From Abditibacteriaceae bacterium (lineage in GTDB: Bacteria; Armatimonadota; Abditibacteriia; Abditibacteriales; Abditibacteriaceae): a stretch of 16,695 bases of DNA. Below, in pieces: positions 1-7,475 of the stretch. Under the pieces are notes generated by a model that saw only the letters and a list, made by a program, of their open reading frames with translations, was not told where the DNA came from and ran no database searches. The position numbers and the translations under genes were made by a program. Positions within the stretch are counted from its first letter, which is position 1, and each line of letters starts with the position of its first letter. The stretch covers positions 1 through 16,695 of the forward strand of contig JANMKN010000053.1 of NCBI GenBank assembly GCA_031372065.1, given 5' to 3'.

Positions 1-12
1 TGATTTGTTGTT

Positions 13-1962
13 ATGCCCAAAGCGAAAACCACGACCAAAACCACCAAAACTGCGACGAAATCGAAACCTACAAAAGCCACGACGGCCACCAAAAAGGCTA
101 CGGCTAAAAACACGGCTGTTGAGGCGCCAGAAACCACAACACCCATTGACACTGCGCCGCAAGACAGCGCGCTCGAAACCGCAAACGCTGCCGAAACGCC
201 TGCGGAAGCAGACAACAGTGCGGCTTCTGTTGAAGCAGACAACGCCGAGGCTCTCAGCGCCGAAAGCGCCGAGGCCAGTGCTGTTGAAGAGAGTGCTGCC
301 GAAGGAGAGGCTGCTCCGGCCAAGTTGTCATGGGATTTAGTGGCCTCACGGATGTCCGCCGATTTTATCGGGCGCTGTTGGGATTTTATGGTGCGCACAG
401 CGCCGACGCGTGAAGTGTGGGCCTTGCTCGGCAAACCAGAACACGCGCCCGTCAAAATGCGCATCACCAAAGGCTTCCAACGCACGGCCAATTCTCTGCG
501 CCTGCCGGTGGTGCGCCATCGTTTACAAGATGAACTGGCGCTAAATGCCGAACTGACGGCGAAGATTTTATTAATCTGGGCCACCACCACTCCCAAGCCC
601 ACATCGCTGACAGCCGTTGAGGATTTTGAGGCCGACGATAATTTGTTCGATCAAATTCCTGATTTGTGCCACCGCTTCGGACATGAGGCGACAATGTTGT
701 CGCTGCTGGCCCTGCGCCGGTATCAAGTTATTACTTTGTGGAGCGAAAAAGTCGCCAGCAGCGAGTGGAGTTTGGAAACGCCAGCAACCGAAGACGCTGT
801 AGGAGAAGAAGCGCCCAACGAGCAGCCCAACAACGAAAAGCAACTGGCCGCCGCCAACGAAGAAATTCGCAAATTGCAGCAAAACCTTGAAAAATCCGAG
901 CAGAAATTGCGTCAAGCACAAGCCTCTTTGATATCGGCCAAAGACAACTTTGCCAGAGAAACTCACGAGTTGCAGGCGCGCTTAAAACAAGAAGAAAATC
1001 GCTTCGTGCGCGAACACGAAAAACTCGAAGACGACGAGCGCTTATTAGACCGCACGACACGCAAACTCAAAAGTGCCGAAAAGCAAGTCGAAGAACTGGA
1101 AGCCGAAAATAAGCGCCAGAAAAAACAAGTGCGCCAACAACAAGAAGTCAACGAGGAATTGCAAAAAGAAATTGCCGCCTTAAAAACCCAAATCGAAGAA
1201 CTCGAAGACGAATTAGAAAACGGCCTACCCGAACCGGAAGCAGAGGAGCCTCAACCCGCCGTCGAAGCCCGCGCGACTGCCCTCGCTTCGTATTTGCGTG
1301 CCCCGGCAGGGCCGTTGCCGGCAGTGATGGTGCCCGCCTCGCGCACCATCAGTTCATCGCCGTTAGATCAGGTTTTTCAATGGAACGCCGATGGCCGCGC
1401 CATTCGCGTCACCACGCGCGAAATCAAACGTGGCATTGATGCCAACAATGAAGGCTGGGTTTTCGCGCTGATTCAAGCGCTGGACGCCCTGCGCCATGCC
1501 TCGCCTGAAGGTTATCGCCTGCTGCTGGAGCGCGTTAAAGAATTGGATTCATATTATTTTCGTGTTTTGACGCTGCGCACCACACGCGTTTTGGTGGATG
1601 CCTCCAACGTCGCTCGTTACGAACGAAATCGCATGGGCAAAGGCCAAGTGCGTTTCCTTATGGTCATGCGCGACGAACTGCGCCGTCGCAACTGCTTCCC
1701 GATTCGTTTCATCGCCGATGCGTCCCTGCCCTACAATGTGGATGTGCCGGACGATCTTACGGCTATGGTGCGACGCGGCGAATTGGAAATGACCGCTGCC
1801 GGACAGGAAGCCGACGAAGTTCTCGCCCGCGAAGCGCGCCGCACCGGCGCGTTTGTGGTCACTAACGACCGCTCTTTCCACACCAAAACTTCACCACATT
1901 TCGAGCCGCCGCGTTTGGCGTTTCACTTCTACGAACAGCATCTCGTAATGGATGATTTTTGA
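13..1962 (+). CDS. Coiled-coil protein with C-terminal NYN/PIN-like (Zc3h12a/Regnase-type) ribonuclease domain
   Basis: 649-aa ORF. Lys/Thr/Ala-rich N-terminus, acidic Ala/Glu linker and a long heptad coiled coil (about aa 275-405). The C-terminal motifs VLVDASNVA, FIADAS, EADE and VVTNDR match the acidic catalytic pattern of NYN/PIN nucleases. Confidence 0.8.
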   Translation: MPKAKTTTKTTKTATKSKPTKATTATKKATAKNTAVEAPETTTPIDTAPQDSALETANAAETPAEADNSAASVEADNAEALSAESAEASAVEESAAEGEAAPAKLSWDLVASRMSADFIGRCWDFMVRTAPTREVWALLGKPEHAPVKMRITKGFQRTANSLRLPVVRHRLQDELALNAELTAKILLIWATTTPKPTSLTAVEDFEADDNLFDQIPDLCHRFGHEATMLSLLALRRYQVITLWSEKVASSEWSLETPATEDAVGEEAPNEQPNNEKQLAAANEEIRKLQQNLEKSEQKLRQAQASLISAKDNFARETHELQARLKQEENRFVREHEKLEDDERLLDRTTRKLKSAEKQVEELEAENKRQKKQVRQQQEVNEELQKEIAALKTQIEELEDELENGLPEPEAEEPQPAVEARATALASYLRAPAGPLPAVMVPASRTISSSPLDQVFQWNADGRAIRVTTREIKRGIDANNEGWVFALIQALDALRHASPEGYRLLLERVKELDSYYFRVLTLRTTRVLVDASNVARYERNRMGKGQVRFLMVMRDELRRRNCFPIRFIADASLPYNVDVPDDLTAMVRRGELEMTAAGQEADEVLAREARRTGAFVVTNDRSFHTKTSPHFEPPRLAFHFYEQHLVMDDF

Positions 1963-1989
1963 GAAGAAAACCCCATCCCCGGCCTCCTG

Positions 1990-2027
1990 CCCATCTTCGG
2001 CGGGCCCCCGCCGAAGATGGGGTTTTC
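1990..2027 (+). terminator. GC-rich hairpin, probable intrinsic terminator of the NYN gene
   Basis: CCCATCTTCGGCGGG (1990-2004) and CCCGCCGAAGATGGG (2007-2021) form a perfect inverted repeat followed by GTTTTC. Confidence 0.6.
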
Positions 2028-2042
2028 CGCTACACTTTCGCC

Positions 2043-3719
2043 GTGCGACACTACTTCATTTTTGCACTGTTGGCGGCCCTTTTAGTCGGCGGCTGCGCTC
2101 CGCAATCCAACACCGAAAAAACTCTGCGCGTCGCTGTCGAAAGCGATGCTTCAACGCTTGATCCGGCTTACGCCTATGACACGTCTTCTATTCCGTTCGT
2201 GCGCCTCTTGTATCGTGGTCTGGTGGATTACGATGAAAAAGCCGGAATCGCGGATGAAATCGCCCAAGAGCATTTGGTGTCGCATGACGGCAAAACCTAC
2301 TGGTTCCGATTGCGCAACGACGTGCTGTTTCATCACGACGAAGCAACAGGAAAAATGCCGGGACGCCGCGTGGTCGCCGACGATTTTCGCTTCGCCATTG
2401 AACGCATTTTAGACCCCGCGACAGCTTCTGATGGCCTCGCGCTTTCGGGTTATCACGCCATCGAGGGCGCCGATGAATATAGCGAAGCGTGTGGCGAACT
2501 CAACAAAAAAATCGAAGCGGCGCCCGAAGCGCAAAAAGTGACTTTGGCCAAGCAAAAAGCAAAGCTGCGCATCAAAGGCATCGAAGTAAAAGGCGACGAC
2601 GAAATTACCTTTCATCTCAAGAAAGCCGATGCCACGTTTTTCAATTATTTAGCGTTGCCGTTTGCCTACGCCATGGCGCCGGAATCGGTAGAAAAATGGG
2701 GCAAAGCCATCAGCGAACACCCTAATGGCACCGGGCCTTTTATGTTAGATCGCTGGGTGCATGACGCGACACTCACCCTGAAAAAGAACCCCAATTATTT
2801 CAACCCGGAATTCCCGAAGAGTGATCGCTTGCAAGTCGAAATCGGCAATTCACCGACGTTGCAAATCATGCGTTTCGAGCGCGGCGAAATTGATACTTTG
2901 GATATTTCTGCCGCCTTTCCGCCCGATTTTTTGCGCTTGCGCGACAGCAAGAAATGGAAGCCTTATGTTTTGCACGGGCCGATGATGGATATTCGTTATC
3001 TGTGCCTGAACAACGAATTAGCGCCGCTTGACAACGTTTTGGTGCGTCGCGCTATGAATTACGCCATTAAGCGCGAACGCATCGCTTCTTTTTTGGCCGG
3101 ACGCGCTACCATCGCACACGGCGCGTTGCCTCCGGGAATGCCGGGCTACAACGAAAAACTGTTTCGCTACGATTACAATCCCGAAAAAGCCAAAGCGTTG
3201 CTCAAACAAGCCAATTACCAAGACAAGCCGATGACGCTGTGGTATTCAACGCGTGAGGGCTGGTATGAAAAAGCCGCGCAAAGTATCAAAGCCGACCTCA
3301 AAGAAGTCGGCATGACAATAGATTTAAAAGGCGTGCGCTATCCCGAACTCAAAGCGCAAGCTGGCAAACGCAAGAATTTGCATTTGTCGCTCATGGGCTG
3401 GCTGCAAGACTTTCCGGACCCTTCCAATTTTTTGGATGTGCTGTTCAATAAGAACGCCATCACGCCTACCGCCAGCCAGAATCGCGCCTTTTATTCCAAT
3501 CCACAAGTGAATCAATTACTCAACGACGCATTAACTGAAACAAACCGCGAAAAGCGCCTGAAAATGTATGGAGAAGCCGAAAAAATCATCGTAAACGACG
3601 CGCCTTGGGTCTTTTTGCATCATACCGAGCGCTATGTTGTCCATCAGCCGTGGGTGAAAGGTTACACCATTCATCCGATGTGGTCGGAGCGCTATGAATA
3701 TGTGGGAGTCGAGCGTTGA
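2043..3719 (+). CDS. Peptide/nickel-type ABC transporter substrate-binding lipoprotein (SBP family 5, OppA/DppA-like)
   Basis: Start moved from the track's 1959 to GTG 2043, which gives a clean lipoprotein signal (MRHYFIFALLAALLVGG-C). Family-5 motifs: TLDPA, LYRGLV, DGKTYWFRLR, PNGTGPF, VRRAMNYAI, GWLQDFPDP. Confidence 0.92.
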   Translation: MRHYFIFALLAALLVGGCAPQSNTEKTLRVAVESDASTLDPAYAYDTSSIPFVRLLYRGLVDYDEKAGIADEIAQEHLVSHDGKTYWFRLRNDVLFHHDEATGKMPGRRVVADDFRFAIERILDPATASDGLALSGYHAIEGADEYSEACGELNKKIEAAPEAQKVTLAKQKAKLRIKGIEVKGDDEITFHLKKADATFFNYLALPFAYAMAPESVEKWGKAISEHPNGTGPFMLDRWVHDATLTLKKNPNYFNPEFPKSDRLQVEIGNSPTLQIMRFERGEIDTLDISAAFPPDFLRLRDSKKWKPYVLHGPMMDIRYLCLNNELAPLDNVLVRRAMNYAIKRERIASFLAGRATIAHGALPPGMPGYNEKLFRYDYNPEKAKALLKQANYQDKPMTLWYSTREGWYEKAAQSIKADLKEVGMTIDLKGVRYPELKAQAGKRKNLHLSLMGWLQDFPDPSNFLDVLFNKNAITPTASQNRAFYSNPQVNQLLNDALTETNREKRLKMYGEAEKIIVNDAPWVFLHHTERYVVHQPWVKGYTIHPMWSERYEYVGVER

Positions 3720-4666
3720 AAGGCTTGTTGAAACAAATCGGCTGGAGCCTCGTGACGCTATGGCTGGTCAGCCTTATCACATTTTCGCTGCTCTTTTTGG
3801 TGCCGCTTTTGCGTCCCAGCAAACCCGGCCTGACGCCCGCCGACATCATGGCGCAAACCATCGCGGGCGCGCACACCGACCCGGAAACCATTGCCAACAT
3901 CAAACGAGATCGAGGTTTGGACAGACCGCTTTATGTGCAATATGGAATGTTTGTGCGCGACGCGCTCACTAATAATTTGAAATCGTATCGTAACAGCGAC
4001 TTCGTTTTTTCGGCCATCGCGCGGCGCTTTGGCAACACGCTGATTTTAGCCTTAACCGGCCTGTCGCTGTATTTGATTTTTGCGATTCCGATTGGTCTTT
4101 TCACCGCCAGTCGCGCCGGAAGCGCCATTGACAGGTTCACTTTGTTCGCTTGCGTCATCGCTTTTAGCATTCCGACTTTCTGGCTGGCGCGCCTGCTGCA
4201 ATATTATTTGGGCTATCGCTGGGGCGCGTTTCACGTTGGCGGCAGCGCGAGCCTTGCTAATTTGCCGCTGCCCGCGCTCACTTTGGGCGTTGGCGGCGCG
4301 GCTTATTATGCGCGCTTGTTACACGCCAATTTGCGCGGTGTTTTGTCGCAAGATTACATCCGCGCGGCGCGGGCACGCGGGCTGGGCGAAAAGAAAGTGT
4401 TATGGAATCACGCCTTAAAAAACGCCTTGATTCCGCTGGTTGCTATTCTGGGCATGGACTTCGCGTCGCTACTCAGCGGTTTAATTTTCACCGAGAAAAT
4501 TTTCGCATGGCCCGGCATCGGCAGCCTCGCCATTGATTCGGTGCAAAACCAAGACACGCCGATGATTTTAGGCACCGTAATGTTCTCGGCGCTCATGGTT
4601 GTTCTCGCCAACATTGCCGTGGACATCGCTTATCGAATCATAGACCCGCGCGTGCGGCTGGATTAG
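3716..4666 (+). CDS. ABC transporter permease (OppB/DppB-like)
   Basis: TTG start overlapping the upstream TGA, with GGGAG SD. Motifs GLDRPLYVQY, SIPTFW, EAA loop DYIRAARARGL, HALKNALIP, EKIFAWPGIG. Confidence 0.93.
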   Translation: MKGLLKQIGWSLVTLWLVSLITFSLLFLVPLLRPSKPGLTPADIMAQTIAGAHTDPETIANIKRDRGLDRPLYVQYGMFVRDALTNNLKSYRNSDFVFSAIARRFGNTLILALTGLSLYLIFAIPIGLFTASRAGSAIDRFTLFACVIAFSIPTFWLARLLQYYLGYRWGAFHVGGSASLANLPLPALTLGVGGAAYYARLLHANLRGVLSQDYIRAARARGLGEKKVLWNHALKNALIPLVAILGMDFASLLSGLIFTEKIFAWPGIGSLAIDSVQNQDTPMILGTVMFSALMVVLANIAVDIAYRIIDPRVRLD

Positions 4667-4672
4667 TTTTAA

Positions 4673-5599
4673 ATGGCAACAGCATCCGTTACATTTTCAG
4701 AATCCTCTTTGCCGCCGCGCGCGGATGGTTTTGTGCGTCAACTTTTGCGGCATCGTTTGGCGCAGGTCGGGTTAGTAATCATCGGCTTGCTCATTGGCGT
4801 GGCGCTTTTCACTTTAGTCGCTGATAAAATTGATCCGCAGTTCAAAATGCACCTTGACCCGAACAAGCCAATATTGGGCGGCATTAGCGAATTGGGGCAG
4901 CCCAAAGCGCCGGGCCAAGGCTTTTTCTTGGGCGCCGACACGCTGGGACGCGATGTGTGGACGCGCACGCTTTATGGCACGCGCATTTCGCTGATTGTGG
5001 CATTTTGCGCCATGCTGACGGCGGTTTCTATCGGCACCACTATCGGTCTAATCGGCGGCTATTTTGGCGGTTGGGTGGATATTGCGTTAACGCGTGTCAC
5101 CGAAGCGGTTTTATGCTTGCCCACGGCGCTGCTTGCCATCACTTTGCTGGTGGTTTTACCCGCCGAAGGTTTCGGGCAGCGCTTGTTCAACTTGCTGCTT
5201 GCCATTGGCCTTGTGACGTGGACGGGCATCGCGAGGGCGGTGCGCGGGCAGGTTCTCAGCTTAAAAGAACAGGAATTTATCGAAGCGGCGCGCGCTGTGG
5301 GTTGCTCGCATACGCGCATTATTTTCGTGCATCTTTTGCCCAATGTTTTGCCGACGGTGATTGTGCTGGCGACGTTGGCAACCGCGCATAATATCTTGCT
5401 TGAAGCGGGGCTTTCGTATTTGGGCCTCGGCATGGAGCCGGGCGTGCCGTCGTGGGGCGGCATGATTAACGAAGGACAACCTTATATCATCGCCGCGCCG
5501 TGGATTACCTTAGTGCCCGGCTGCGCGATTGTGATTGCCGTCGCCGGATTTAATTTATTGGGGCAGGCTTTGCAGGAAACGATTGAGCCGCGCCCATAA
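4673..5599 (+). CDS. ABC transporter permease (OppC/DppC-like)
   Basis: Motifs LGADTLGRDVWTR, GTRISL, EFIEAARAVG, HLLPNVLP, EAGLSYLGLG, PSWGGMI; multiple transmembrane segments. Confidence 0.93.
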   Translation: MATASVTFSESSLPPRADGFVRQLLRHRLAQVGLVIIGLLIGVALFTLVADKIDPQFKMHLDPNKPILGGISELGQPKAPGQGFFLGADTLGRDVWTRTLYGTRISLIVAFCAMLTAVSIGTTIGLIGGYFGGWVDIALTRVTEAVLCLPTALLAITLLVVLPAEGFGQRLFNLLLAIGLVTWTGIARAVRGQVLSLKEQEFIEAARAVGCSHTRIIFVHLLPNVLPTVIVLATLATAHNILLEAGLSYLGLGMEPGVPSWGGMINEGQPYIIAAPWITLVPGCAIVIAVAGFNLLGQALQETIEPRP

Positions 5600-5622
5600 T
5601 TTAGTAGCCCCTTCGCCTAATG

Positions 5623-5676
5623 GAAATAAGAAATTAACAATTGCGTAACCCCAATGTGACTCCCCGACAGTAGGAT
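5623..5676 (+). promoter_or_regulatory. Four 11-bp-phased direct-repeat boxes (OmpR/GlnR-like) plus a -10 element for the sigma factor gene
   Basis: GAAAT (5623), TTAAC (5634), GTAAC (5645) and GTGAC (5656), each separated by 6 nt, then TAGGAT at 5671-5676. Confidence 0.5.
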
Positions 5677-5725
5677 GAATGGCAGTTATCGTAGGAAGTT
5701 TTGCTCGCTTACCTCCCGAACTGTC

Positions 5726-6814
5726 ATGTCGAAAACCAGCTCTTCCACGGCTTCTTTGTCGCCTTTGGTCGCTTTCGAGAACGAAACGCCGGATGAATTG
5801 GTGGCGCGTTCTGTCAGTGGCGATGAAAAAGCGCTCGAAGCCCTTTATCATCGCTTTCGCCCGCTCTTGCGCGCGCGGATGCAACGATTGTGGGCGGCGC
5901 TGCGCGAAGAATTGACTTCTGTTGAATGGGCCGATGTCGAGGCGCAAGTGAATTACATTTTCTTTCACCGCGCGCAACGATTTGAAGTGCATCACGGCGT
6001 TTATTTCGCGCATTACATCGAACGTATGGTCTCGCTGGACTGCACGGCGTGGCTGCGCGAGCAAAGAAGGGCGGGCGCGGTGCCGTTTTCTCAATTGGGC
6101 GCCGAATCGGGCGATCCCGAAACGTGGCTCGGTGGCGACAACAGCCTCACGCACGAAGTAGACAGCGTGCTTAGTTTGCGCAGCGCGCTGGATGATTTAT
6201 CGCCTGCCCAACATGAAGCGGTCTGGCAAGTTTGCATCTTGGGACTTACAGAAGAAGAAGCCGCGCGCCGCTTGCAAATATCGCGTTCTGCTTTGCGCAA
6301 TCGCCTCCAAGCGGGCGTCGCCAATCTTCGCAAGTGCTTCGACAATAGTTCCATCACCGCTGAAACCCGCACCGGACGCCAATCGGCGAAATTGGCTGTG
6401 CTGGATCACTGGGAAGAAAGGCTACTCATGGCCAAAGACGAAAAACGTCCCGATCTCATCGGTGTAGGCGCCGGACGTCCTGTTTTATTGCAAGGAATTT
6501 TTCAATTCGAGGCCACTGGTCTCGAATTGCCGCAACTTCTTTCACCCAAACTGCGCTATGTCGTGCCCGCCGGTCATGTCGCTGGAATTCGCTTTGTGCG
6601 TGTCGGCGTGGTCTGCGACCAAATGGTTTGCCTGTCCACGGTGGTTAATGGCCTGACGCATCGCCTGATTCCCATTGCCGCCAATTCGTCGGCGCATATT
6701 CCCTTTGCCATTGTCGAGCCGATTGTAGCCGGTTCAGAAATTGAAATTCATATCGCCAGCAATGGAGCGGGAACGGCAATTATTGATGTCGGCTGCCTGC
6801 AAATGCCAGCCTAA
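5726..6814 (+). CDS. Sigma-70 family (ECF-like) RNA polymerase sigma factor with fused C-terminal ~128-aa beta-rich domain
   Basis: Region-2-like ELVARSVSGDEKALEALYHRFRPLL...FAHYIERMV and region-4 HTH LRSALDDLSPAQHEAV...GLTEEEAARRLQISRSALRNRL. Extra domain from about 6428. ATG 5726 is preferred because the track start 5675 lies inside the putative -10. Confidence 0.8.
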   Translation: MSKTSSSTASLSPLVAFENETPDELVARSVSGDEKALEALYHRFRPLLRARMQRLWAALREELTSVEWADVEAQVNYIFFHRAQRFEVHHGVYFAHYIERMVSLDCTAWLREQRRAGAVPFSQLGAESGDPETWLGGDNSLTHEVDSVLSLRSALDDLSPAQHEAVWQVCILGLTEEEAARRLQISRSALRNRLQAGVANLRKCFDNSSITAETRTGRQSAKLAVLDHWEERLLMAKDEKRPDLIGVGAGRPVLLQGIFQFEATGLELPQLLSPKLRYVVPAGHVAGIRFVRVGVVCDQMVCLSTVVNGLTHRLIPIAANSSAHIPFAIVEPIVAGSEIEIHIASNGAGTAIIDVGCLQMPA

Positions 6815-6958
6815 AAGCCTATCCGAATAGGGAATGGCGTCTGCCTGGAGTCCGTCCAAAGGGCACCCGCCGTCCCGCCCGCTCCGGCTTTGAAAAAAGC
6901 GGGCGAGACGCCGGGTGCCCTTTGGGCGGACTCCATTTTCCTATTTGGATAGGTTCTA
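6813..6958. mobile_element. Palindromic MITE/REP-like element 1
   Basis: Terminal IR CCTATCCGAATAGG (6818-6831) / CCTATTTGGATAGG (6940-6953). Inner IR TGGAGTCCGTCCAAAGGGCACCCG (6846-6869) / CGGGTGCCCTTTGGGCGGACTCCA (6912-6935), then a CGCCCGCT/AGCGGGCG core. No coding capacity. Confidence 0.55.
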
Positions 6959-7016
6959 AGAATCAGTTTGAAGAGTCTTATTCGAGGCGGAAAAGACTTT
7001 TCAAACTGATTCTTAG
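6956..7016. repeat. 61-bp near-perfect inverted repeat (MITE-like element 2 or bidirectional terminator)
   Basis: CTAAGAATCAGTTTGAAGAGTCTT and AAGACTTTTCAAACTGATTCTTAG form 24-bp arms with one mismatch, lying between convergent genes. Confidence 0.7.
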
Positions 7017-7022
7017 GTGCGT

Positions 7023-7388
7023 TTACGCGGACGGTGTGGACTTTTTGGTGGGCGACTTGCGCTCGCTGGATTTCTTGCGGCCCACCGAGGCAGCTTGATC
7101 GGAATCGCGGCCATATTGCGCCACGACCTGATCGGAGGCGCCAATACGGATGTTGTGGAACTCCCATTCGGCGGCGGCGGCGGCATCGCGCGCCGCGTCG
7201 AAGGCGTTTTTGGCTTGCGTTTCCAATGCGCGCTTGTTGTCCATTACTGTGCGCTTGGCCGCAATTTTCACTTTGGTGAAGTCCGCGTTGCTCGGATTGT
7301 AGTCGTCCATTTCTTCGATGGCGTCTACCGTCTTCTCGTCTTCGGCCAGAATTTTAGGATTGAGGCGCTTGGTTTGATCTTTTGCCAT
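7023..7388 (-). CDS. Small helical hypothetical protein with basic C-terminal tail (121 aa)
   Basis: ATG with strong SD AGAAAGGA (7404-7397) and its own sigma70-like promoter. Alpha-helical composition. The C-terminal QYGRDSDQAASVGRKKSSERKSP resembles, from memory, a widespread uncharacterised family with a Q[FY]G.DS....GxKKxSERK motif. Confidence 0.85.
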   Translation of the reverse strand: MAKDQTKRLNPKILAEDEKTVDAIEEMDDYNPSNADFTKVKIAAKRTVMDNKRALETQAKNAFDAARDAAAAAEWEFHNIRIGASDQVVAQYGRDSDQAASVGRKKSSERKSPTKKSTPSA

Positions 7389-7435
7389 GATTTCGTTCCT
7401 TTCTATGGAGCCAGAAAGTGGCTCCCGCTGCTGAA

Positions 7436-7465
7436 ATTATCCTAATATGCGGCCTGCGTTGTCAA
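7436..7465 (-). promoter_or_regulatory. Sigma70-type promoter of the 121-aa gene
   Basis: Minus strand TTGACA (7465-7460), 18 nt, GATAAT (7441-7436). A 5'-UTR hairpin GGAGCCA-N5-TGGCTCC lies at 7407-7425, just before the SD. Confidence 0.6.
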
Positions 7466-7475
7466 CAATCTGCTG

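Noticed and set aside
1959..2042. N-terminal extension of the SBP given by the ORF track
   Set aside because: It translates through a hairpin and would place 28 extra residues before a clean lipoprotein signal; GTG 2043 is the better start.
5679..5727. Possible riboswitch or start-sequestering stem in the sigma 5'-UTR (ATGGCAGTT / AACTGTCAT)
   Set aside because: The pairing is short, part of it lies upstream of the predicted TSS, and it matches no riboswitch I recognise.
6811..7445. ORFs 6811-7167 (-), 7017-7445 (+) and 7034-7279 (+)
   Set aside because: They overlap the palindromic elements or are shadows of the 121-aa gene, which has the SD, promoter and protein-like composition.
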